Assembly (NCBI RefSeq): GCF_036971445.1
Contig: NC_091479.1
Span: forward strand, 75,516,001 to 75,580,000
DNA from: Narcine bancroftii
Lineage: Eukaryota
Direction of reading: 5' to 3'
Length of the DNA: 64,000 bases
This document shows positions 51,350-61,655 of this stretch, in pieces. The notes under the pieces were generated by a model. That model did no database searches, had not been told where the DNA came from, and was given only the letters and a program-made list of their open reading frames with translations. A program made the position numbers and the translations under genes. Numbering within the stretch: position 1 is the first letter of the stretch; every line of letters begins with the position of its first letter.

Positions 51350-51670
51350 GACCGTCAGTGTGTTCTGCTGCACCGGTCAGTACTGCGGTATGGTCTTGCA
51401 GTGTGTTCTGCCGCACCGATCAATACTGCAGTACAAACTGTCAGTGTGTTCTGCTGCACCGATCGGTACTGCGGTACGGTTTTGCGGTGTGTTCTGCAGC
51501 ACCGATCGGTCCTGCGGTACGGGCTGGCGGTGTGTTCTGCAGCACCGATCGGTACTGCGGTACGGTCTGGCGGTGTGTTCTGCAGCACCGATTGGTACTG
51601 CGGTACGGTCTGGTGGTGTGTTCTGCAGCACCGATCAGTACTGCGGTACGGTCTGGCAGTGTGTTCTGCA
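51350..51670. repeat. 43-bp minisatellite, about 7.5 copies
   Basis: Unit gtgtgttctgcagcaccgatcggtactgcggtacggtctggcg; gtgtgttctg recurs at 51358, 51401, 51444, 51487, 51530, 51573, 51616 and 51659. Confidence 0.97.
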
Positions 51671-52029
51671 ACATTCCACAGCACTCGGAGAATTCAGGTG
51701 TTGTCCTCAATATACTTTGTGGTATTGATGAGTTTGAGGAGTTTTAGTTAAACACCTTGTAACATTGATGATTAGTGTAGCATGATCTGTTAATAGATTC
51801 TGTGGGACTGATGGTCATTGAGTGTGTTAGCAATGTGTTCTGCACCATTATTGAGCAGAGAAATGTGGATTATTTGCACTGATGGATAATAATTTGTTTT
51901 GGAGCAATGATGAAACAAACATCGATTACCAAAGCAACAGCATATTATGGAGAGTGGAATTGCCAGAATGCCTAAGCATTGAGCTACTGATGGTAAATGC
52001 ATTCTATAAAATTTTTTGGTAATATGTGC

Positions 52030-52480
52030 AGACCAGACAGTTGGTGTGTTGTGCAGCTCCCATCAGCGTGTGGTCCGGACAGTCAGTGTATTGTGCAGTG
52101 CCCACCAGCGTGTGGTCCAGGCAGTCGGTGTGTTGTGCAGCTCCCATCAGCGTGTGGTCCGGACAGTCAATGTATTGTGCAGTGCCCACCAGCGTGTGTT
52201 CCAGGCAGTCGGTGTATTGTACAGTCCCCATCAGCAGTGTGGTCCAGACAGGCGGTGTGTTGTGCAGCGCCCATCAGCAGTGTGGTCCAGGCGGTCGGTA
52301 TGTTGTGCAGTGCGGTCCAGACAGTCGGTGTATTGTACAGTCCCCATCAGCAATGTGGTCCAGGCAGTTGGTGTGTTGTGCAGCTCCCATCAGTGTGTGG
52401 TCCAGACAGTCAGTGTATTGTGCAGTGCCCACCAGCGTGTGGTCCAGGCAGTCAGTGTATTGTACAGTCCCCATCAGCAA
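52030..52480. repeat. 42-43-bp minisatellite with alternating unit variants, about 10-11 copies
   Basis: Units gtgtgttgtgcagctcccatcagcgtgtggtccggacagtca and gtgtattgtgcagtgcccaccagcgtgtggtccaggcagtcg start at 52044, 52086, 52128 and 52170. Confidence 0.95.
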
Positions 52481-52824
52481 TCAGTTGCATTGATGATGTG
52501 CAGAAAGTTTATGCTTTCTGTGACATTGAAGAATGTTGGACTGTGAATGTGTTGAGCCATTAGGTGTGAATTATCATTGTATTTTTCAGAATTGAAGACC
52601 AATGAGATGCAGGGACAGTAACATGCATTTGTAGAATTGACGACTTGTAACCTGCAGAAGAGTTGTGCATTCTCGAACACCTCTAGGGCAGTCGATCCCT
52701 TTGATGACCAGAGGTGAAACTTTTTGGGCAAATGGAAGAGCAAATGTCTTTAACCACTGCATGTTCTCACACAATTTGTGGAGGGGAAATTACAGTATTT
52801 GGGCTTAGGGACATTGAACAATAT

Positions 52825-53575
52825 GTCCGAGCAAGTAACAACCTGTATCGGAACATTGAAAAACAAAAGAGATGGTTGTTGATTTCAAGAGGGCCCACAA
52901 GGGACCACACTTTGCTGACCATTGAACGGCTCCACCATTGAGGTTGTCAAGAGTATCAAGTTCCTTGGAGTGCACTTGGAGGAGAACCTCACATGGTCTC
53001 TTAACAGAAGCTCCATATCCAAGAAAGCCCAGCAGCGCCTCTACTTCCTGCGAAGGCTGAGGGAAGTTCATCTCCCACCCTCCACCCTCACTACATTCTA
53101 CAAAGGATGTATTGAGATTATCATGTGAAACTGCATCACTGCCTAGTTTGGAAGCTGTACCTCCTCAGACCACAAGACCCTGTAGAGGATAGTGAAATCA
53201 GTGGAGAGGGGTGTTCTGTCTTCCTACCCTGAAGGACATTTACAACACCCAATGCAGGTGAAAGGCAATAAACATTGTGAAGGACTCCACACTCCCCTCA
53301 AGTAAACTGTTCTCCCTTCTGCCATCTGGTAGGAGGTACTGCAGCACTCAGGCCCTTGTGTGCAGATTGGCCCCCCAAGCCATCAGACTCCTGAACTCCC
53401 AGAACATTTGAGGATAGGGTACTGTAGACTGTTATAGTATAAGCCTTAATATTTTAATGTGTTTAAGTTCTATATTAACATATTTATGTAAATATGCTCC
53501 GTAGTTCTGGAGAAATGCTATCTCGTCTTTACTGTGCAAGCATGGTGTGAATGATAAATAAAGATGACTTGATCT
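52825..53575 (+). mobile_element. Rex1/Babar-type LINE 3' fragment
   Basis: NGSTIEVVKSIKFLGVHLEENLTWSLN..ISKKAQQRLYFLRRLR; aataaagatgacttga tail. Confidence 0.85.
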
Positions 53576-54499
53576 GAGGTGATCATCCAAGTGGTGGAGT
53601 TGGCTTCCTCTCTCTTCCTGGATCTTCACAATGGTAGAAGTCGTGGGTTTGAGAGGTGTTACTGAAGAAACATTGATAAATTTCTGCAGTCATTGCAGAC
53701 ACTTCAGGTGAAGTGTGACATGCCAATTAACAGGCTGGTTTGTCCTGATTATGTCAAACTAATTGATTCATTGGTTCAAAGTCTTAATTTTTATGAACAG
53801 CTTGTTGGCACACTTATTATTTCTGTCATGATCATGTCACCCAGCACAACTGGGATTCCTCAACAATTACTGAAGGCCTGATGATTGCCTTATTAACTTT
53901 TTACCACGGGTCCAAGATTTGATGTTCAACATGTGTCAATTTATCAATAGACCGTCTTCTCTTGCTGGACTTGTGCGTTTAATTTTTCTTACTGATTAAA
54001 GTTTGATTAGTTGGTTCAAATGAAAAATTAATTAGAATAAAAATGTTTTTGTTATTTACTGGAAGCTCTTTCTGAAGGTGCATGCTGAATACCTTGCATT
54101 TCAATTTTGAAATCAAAGAACATTGTGTGGTTGCTTGATTTGCATTTTAGCAAAACAAAATAAGAAGAGAAAAAGTGACTCTTAACTATCAAATTATGGA
54201 ACAGTAGGATAACCTATGTAAGTGCTCTCAGCTTACATGGTAAAATGGGCAATTCAAAAATTTTTCCATAGACAGCAAAGAGAAAGTTAATTGAGGCAAG
54301 ATGGTCCACTGTCTTCCAACCCAGGATGGCATTGGGTCTTTGTGTTTGTCAGTGATCGGGTTAGATCTCATCAGTATCTTGACCAAAGAGAGGATTGATA
54401 GAATTTAATTATTGGAATTTGCAGAAAGTTAAATATCTAAAAATAATTTTGAGCTGAGGCAATGTAGAAGACATTGTTTTGTCTAATGTATTTCTGATG

Positions 54500-57276
54500 G
54501 CGATTTGACCTGTCATTCAGTACAACGTTCCTGCTCATTCCAAGTGTCCTAGATTTATTTTCACCATGCACTTATCCTCTTATTGCAAGTGTATTTAGTG
54601 TGTTACTGAAATGCTTCCTCATCTTGAAAGGGAATCAGAAATTACATTATCCTTGCCTTTAATAAGAGCTATCATTAAATCATATTCTTGCAAAATTAAA
54701 CTCCAATTTAACAATCATTTATTTTTATTTTTCATTTTACTTAAAAGAACTAAAGGATTATGATCAGTGTAAACAACAATCGGTCCCCAAGCATTGCATA
54801 TGTAAACATTGAAATATTGCAAAGCCCAGACAAGGGACAATACTTTTTCAATAGTAGAATAATTCTTTTGATGTTGATTGAATTTTGTAGATATTTACTG
54901 GATGGTCAATATCATCACAATTATTCTTTTGTAATCGCACAGTTCCTGATGCTTCATTGCGAGCATCTACTGCTAAATTAAATGTGTTTTCAAAGTCAGA
55001 TGACTTGAGCAAAGGTTTTTGAAAATAAAATGGCTTTCAATTTGTCAAATGCTTCCTGAAAAATGGTTGCCCAAATAAACTTTTCACCCTTTTTCAAAAG
55101 GTTAGTCAAAGGAAGGACAGTATCAGCAAACTTTTTATAGAACTTTCTATAATACCCTACCATTGCTAAACATCTAACAGCTTTCTTACCTGTGGGAATG
55201 GGAAACTCAGGAATCGTCTGACCTTTAGCTTGAAAAGGTGCCACTTTTCCTTGACCAACAACATAACCAAGATATGTAACAATAGCAAGGAAAAATATGC
55301 CTTTAGCTAAACTAACCGTAAAGTTTGCTTCCGAAAGTTTGTTGAACATTTTCCCTAATGCAAACATATGTGCTTCCCAGGTGTCATCTTCAGTAACCAA
55401 ATGGTTAATATAAGCATCGTATGCTCTAAATCTTGAATCACAGAATTTTAATTTCTTCAACTAACACCAACTCTTTCAGACTATTAGAGTCACCATTTAT
55501 CTTTTTTGACGTGCACCATCTAAGTCAAAGCACATAGCTTTTTCATATGCAAAAATCTGTATATGAATTTCTCAAATTCCTGAATTTTTGTCTCTAAGTG
55601 TCTGGAACCAATTCATAAGCTTTAAGCACAGCTTGTTTTACAGTGTCTAATTATAAGGGCTGGCTGAGTATTCCCTTTGATTACACCCTGTAACATGAGG
55701 GACCAATGGTTTCTTGACCATTTCAAACTCTCAGCAACTTTCTCAAAATGCTGAAAATATTTATCAGTGTCAGCCTCAATAAATGGAGGAACTAACTTCA
55801 CCTCTCTACTAGTCATAAAACTCTCATGAGGACCATGAGATGAATCCCTCCTTGTCTCCTATTGCTTTCAAAATCCTTTGGTTTATCAGCTTTGTTTTTC
55901 TAGCTCTATCAAAAACAATCTTTGCCTTTCGACTTTCTCTTTGTTTTTCAACTTCTTTCTTTGTTTCTCTGCTTCACTCACCTCAGATCTACTTTTTTTC
56001 ATACCCTATCTCCAGTGCACATAGCTCAAGTTTCTTTTGTTCTCTCTCAAACTCAAATCTACGTTTTTCTAACTTAAACTGTTGCAACTGCTGCTCAAGG
56101 GATTTACTCTCAGGAAATTGTTTTTAACTCCTCCTCTCCAAAAATCCCCTCTTTTGCATAGTGGTCAACTATAACTTTCTGAATTACTTTTTTTTTCATC
56201 TTCTGTTTTACCTACACAAGTTTCAACTTTTTGAGCAATATTCAACAACTCATTCAAATCTGCAAAGATTGGCAATTCCAAAAACGTATCGATATCCATT
56301 GCTGTTTCTTTTCCACACAGACAAGCCTTTTAGTTGGCTTTTTAACAGTCAAATTGATTAAATTTCTTTAATCAATCAAATTTAAAATTAATCAATCAAT
56401 AAGCTCCAATTTTGGTTCAATCCCATTCTGGCCCCCAATTTCTTACAACCTAGCAGCAATAGAAATTGACCAAGATTATGTTATCTTCAAAACAATCATT
56501 TTTATTAATAACTATGTTTTATTTAAACTTAAATCTAAACTTAACCCCACTATATGCAAATGTATATGTGTATGTGGTAGATCCCAAACCCTACAGTTCA
56601 GGCACGATTCTGAAAAGTCAATTTCAAAGTTCTCAAAATGCACAAATTTGTGTAGAGTTGCTTTCAGATAAATGTTCCTTCATATGAATGATTTGTTTTT
56701 AACAATTCCCCACTCTTGCATGGAGGTTACAGAACTTGTGATTGCCACAATGATTTCATAAACCCAGCCAAGGGTTTTAGATGAAATGACCATTAAAATG
56801 GCCACAGTAGGACTGCTCTCTCAACGAGAAAAGACCGCCATCTTTTCCAAAGCCACTTTGATTCTGTGTTCCTCGCTTGACAAGGAGAACATGATAGCAG
56901 ACTTTTCTCATTACTGACTTCAGGTGAAACTTATTCGTCATGTTAAGATGCTTTCTTAAAGTGTCATAATTACTTGATATCACTACTCGCTCTGTTTCCA
57001 AAAGCAAATGGTCTCTGGCTTGCTACATAGGCCAACAAACAAATGGCTGTTTGCTTACACAGTTGCCTTTCTGAGCAAACATTCATTGACTTCAGCATTT
57101 CTATGGAACAATCAACACAAGTTTATTGCTCTGTTCACAGCTGGACCGAGCAGACACAGCATCTCTGGTGATGTTCTCTGTGCATAAGTGTCTTAGTGTG
57201 TGTTTGCCTGTTTCCAACCCACAAGTTACCTCTCTAAAATATAATACATTATAACTTAAAGATTAAATCTGTAACT
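54500..57276 (-). mobile_element. Second Gypsy LTR element, heavily deleted (LTR ~57276-56441, PBS, gag, RT/RNase H remnants)
   Basis: On the minus strand ...gtaaga is followed by aaTTGGGGGCcagaatGGGAT, a tRNA-Pro-like PBS at ~56437-56420. Gag REVKLVPPFIEADTDKYFQHFEKVAESLKW; RT AYINHLV..TYLGYVVGQG..MVGYYRKF..PLTNLLKK; RNase H end IKGKDNV near 54660. Confidence 0.8.
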
Positions 57277-57474
57277 GTGTCCAATAATAGTCGACCAACA
57301 ATGATGGATTCCATTTGCCTCGATACCACTTTTTCATGTCGCAATGTCCTGATGAAACCTTTCACCACATTTGTCTCTGACTGCACCAAGATCAGCAGGG
57401 AAGACGTCCAAATGCAAAAAAAAATCTAAATTTCTATGACACACTGCACCTCATGGTTTTGTACACTTGAAGTA

Positions 57475-58230
57475 GACAACGAGATAGACAACAGACTCGC
57501 CAAGGCAAATAGCGCCTTTGGAAGACTACACAAAAGAGTCTGGAAAAACAAACAACTGAGAAACCTCACAAAGATCAGCGTATACAGAGCCGTTGTCATA
57601 CCCACACTCCTGTTCGGCTCCGAATCATGGGTCCTCTACCGGCATCACCTACGGCTCCTAGAACGCTTCCACTAGCATTGTCTCCGCTCCATCCTCAACA
57701 TTCATTGGAGCGACTTCATCCCCAACATCGAAGTACTCGAGATGGCAGAGGCCGACAGCATCGAATCCATGCTGCTGAAGATCCAACTGCGCTGGGTAGG
57801 TCACGTGTCCATAATAGAGGACCATCGCCTTCCCAAGATCGTGTTATATGGCGAGCTCTCCACTGGCCACCGTGACAGAGGTGCACCAAAGAAGAGGGAC
57901 AAGGACTGCCTAAAGAAATCTCTTGGTGCCTGCCACATTGACCACCGCCAGTGGGCTGATATCGCCTCAAACCGTGCATCTTGGCGCCTCACAGTTCGGC
58001 GGGCAGCAACCTCCTTTGAAAAAGACCGCAGGGCCCACCTCACTGACAAAAGACAAAGGAGGAAAAACCCAACACCCAACCCCAACCAACCAATTTTCCC
58101 CTGCAACTGCTGCAACCGTGTCTGCCTGTCCCGCATCGGACTTGTCAGCCACAAACGAGCCTGCAGCTGATGTGGACATTTACCCCCTCCATAAATCTTC
58201 GACCGCGAAGCCAAGCCAAAGAAAAGAAGA
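57475..58230 (+). mobile_element. RTE-clade LINE, 5'-truncated
   Basis: Same peptide as the other copies with one stop (57673-57675), an intact C-terminus CNRVCLSRIGLVSHKRACS, and the gaagaa tail. Confidence 0.93.
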
Positions 58231-59018
58231 AAATATGACAGGAAATCACAAAACAAGGTTATATCCTTTTTTTAAAAAAAAGAAATGTGATAGGAAAATT
58301 TAGGTGATTTCCATGATCACCAGCCCAAAATCCATAAAATACACCCAAAAATATTCAGGAAGTAAAATCATTGTTGTCCAGTGTAATTGGTTTTTGTTTC
58401 TGCTGAATTAAAGGCAAGAACAATTACCAGAAGATCCTGTCTCTGGTTGCTCACCAATGACCTGTCAGTGAGTGAACACGTGTGGACAGCGCATCTGTAC
58501 ATAGTGTTGATTACTTGTATTGAAAAGCTAGACTAGAATTGTACATGTTGGAGAACATAATGAAATATAATACGGAAGGTGCAGCACAGGGTTCAATAAG
58601 TTCATATTGTGAATGATGGTTTATTTTAAGAACATCCTTTTTTTAACTTTATTATCTGATAGTCTCTTCTATTGGAACAAAAAATTAGTGGAATGTTGAA
58701 TCTGTTTTGTAATGGTAGCCTCTGTCAAAAGTTAAATGACAAAAAAATTCTACTCTTCTGATTGGTACCAGGTTTAGGAGGAAGTATTTTACAAAACTTA
58801 TCTACATTTATTAATGAAGATTCAGGCCAATGGTGGAAGTCAGAACTGAATCATATTTTGCAGTAGTGTGTGTTACCATTGTGACCAAAATGTTATCTGG
58901 TTGTCGGGACAATTTCCCCAAATTGAAAAGGAAGCCCCTCAAATAGATTCCCTTGGGAAGGCAGTAGATCAGTAAATTAAATGAATCAGCTCATTTGTCT
59001 TTGTTGTTTCCTTCTAAG

Positions 59019-59171
59019 AATAATGAAATGCTGGAGGTACAGCGAACACGAATGAAAGATGAAATACGTGAGTACAAGTTTCGCGAGGCACGACTACTGC
59101 AGGACTACACTGAGTTAGAAGAGGAGAACATCACTCTGCAAAAGCTTGTCTCAACTCTCAAGCAAAATCAG
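59019..59171 (+). CDS. BICD1: BICD1 internal coding exon, equivalent to exon 3
   Basis: Polypyrimidine tract then ctaAG|AAT; donor CAG|GTatgt; 153 nt, phase 0/0. Peptide [51 protein letters not shown] continues the previous exon in frame, as in BICD1. Confidence 0.95.
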
Positions 59172-61184
59172 GTATGTCGTGTGGGTGGGGCTTCATTAAA
59201 TGCTGCCAGCTGTCAGCAAATCATAAATTTGAAATATCTTACATAGTAAGGTAGCACTTCAATTCCTTGTGAACTTTGCAGTTTTTTTTGCATGTGTTGG
59301 TCAAGTATTATCTATGGGCTCATCTAAAGGTTTAGCCTGCTCTTTGTGTAAATCGTTACTTATTGCAGGTTAAAAGTGCACACGACTTACAAAGACATTG
59401 CATGGACCTCAGTATGATATAAGATTGAACTGGAGGCACTATTTTATTAAGAAATGCAATTTGTTTATCCTTGAAGCATTATGCATGGCATTTGTTCTGT
59501 GCATTCAACAGGATAAGGGTTTAATTAAACAAAATTAAAAACAATTATATAAATTTTTACAAAATGATTTGTTTACTTTGAGGTGCATAAAATTCAGATT
59601 GTCCATTTCTATGATTGGTCGGTGATGGGGGGGGTGGGGGTGGGGGTGGAATCATTGCTGATCCCCTTCAGTAATTTTACATTTATTTAGAATGTATACT
59701 TTTAGTTTGTTCTCCCACTACGTAAAGGTTCCTGCTTGAACAGATGCCAGGTTTTTGTGCAAAATTAAGCAGACTCAACTCTTCATCTAAAGTGTGATGG
59801 GGATTACCTGACAATAGCAAAACAAGAGAAATATTTGCAAATGGGCCTCATTCCTCAATACAATTTGGGGCCATCTCACCATGAGAATCCATTGCCTTTT
59901 CTTTTGCTTTTTAATGACATTAATTCCTTGTTAGATCAAGCATGATAGCATTGTGCAAATATTTAGAAACTTAATTTGATACATTTTTGCAATGAAGATG
60001 GCCATAGTATTGATTGTTCATCATTTGCTAAATATTTAATATAATTAAAAATCCATCCAGAAGAAAAAAAATCACTTGTAAGAAATTCTCTATTTACTCT
60101 ATTTAAAATTTAGTTCCAACAAAATCTTCCATAATTGGTGAGTTTTTGTTGGTATAGATTAAATACATTCTAAAGTTCACCAGACACAATTTTATAGAGG
60201 GTTCTATCATGGGTTTTGGGAACTGTCCAAAGGATATCTTGATACTATACTTTTTGATGCAACAATACCCTTGGGGCAATTCAATGCAAACAAAACACAA
60301 CCAAGAATCAGATGTTTAAAGAGGTAAAATGGACTCTGATGACTTGTGCAAGATTTGCAGCTTGTGCTAGTATTTGGAAACTAGATAAACATGCTAAGTA
60401 ATGCTGATCAAAGACTGGGTGACTGCAAGCAAGTACTCAAGGGTTCATGAATAAAGCCTTTGGTGGTATTATTCATCAAACATTTCTTTGTTGGATGAAC
60501 AGAGATTTTGCGCAAATGGCACAATAAATATCAAGGATATTAATTCTCTAACTCTGAAGTGTCAGTAATGATTTCAACCAGAAATCTAGACACTTCTGAA
60601 AGATTAATTCTTGTGGGACAAAATAGTGCACCATGTATAAACTCCAAATGATAATTCAACCTAACACCCTATCACTTCAAAAAACAATTAAGGTAGTATG
60701 GGCCACTCAGGGGAAAGGGGAGGAAATGATATGGTGACCAGTTTTTCTCTTCTCCTGAAGTCTTGCAATCAATGACTGCATTCTACAATCAGTAGATGGT
60801 CAGGACATTCAAAGTTAACTTCCCTTCCATCTCTGGGCCAGAGGGCATCCTGCAAGGCCAGAAAAATGGGAGAGAAACAGAATAATTTTTCAAATGAAAA
60901 CAAAACAGATGGAAAAAAAAAGGTCAAAAAGAAGGCTTTCTTCTTGAAATAAGCTTTGGAACTTCCTAGAATATTTGCTCCCATTGTCACTGCCTTCCCA
61001 TTTTTAAAGTATTTGGAGTGATTGCTGAGTGAATTTTGTTGAGTGACTGAACAAATAAGTTTCAGTGAGTTAAGCTGTGTTTGGGTGGAAGTTCATTGTG
61101 ATGCACCTCTGGAAAGTGGGACATGAAACTGGCAGTGTCAATAGGATAATGGGGGTCAAAGTCGGGCTTGTCTATAATTAAAAA

Positions 61185-61655
61185 TTCAGAAATGCCAGAG
61201 AAACTTATTTATTGGAGGTAGATATATTACCAATGTTTCAGGCCTGAGCCCTTTTTCAAGGTATAAGCAAAAAGCACGCAGGTGCCTGAATTAAAGACTG
61301 TGGAAAGAAAGCAGGAAGAATAGGAGGGGGGGGGGGGAAATCCTGACCAACAGACAAAAGTTGTGAATAGCGTAGATCTCCCAGTGGCCACCCTTTCAAT
61401 TCCCTGTCCCATTCCCTTGCTGACATGTCTGTTCATGGTCTCATGCACTGTCAGACTGAGACCACCCGCAAATTGGAGGATCAACACCTCCTCTTCCGTC
61501 TGGGCACCATCCAACCAGATAGCATTAACTTTCTGTGTACTTCATGCGCCTGCCCGGTTTTTGCTTATACCCTGAAGAGCTCAGGCCCAAAATATTGGTA
61601 ATATATCTTTACCTCCAATAGATGCTGCAAGACTGGCTGAGTTTGTGTTTTTACT
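61185..61655. mobile_element. Penelope-like fragment flanked by inverted arms
   Basis: 61210-61295 and 61540-61620 are reverse complements of each other (tattggaggta.atatattaccaat...cctgagc...ggtataagcaaaaa). The interior 61360-61530 matches the GIY-YIG segment of 37790-38310. Confidence 0.75.

Noticed and set aside
51316-52563. CRISPR-like array, or Cys-rich ORFs (keratin-associated or metallothionein-like) in several frames
   Set aside because: Units are head-to-tail with no unique spacers, there are no cas genes, and the context is a vertebrate intron. The ORFs are open in many frames on both strands simply because the repeat units lack stops.
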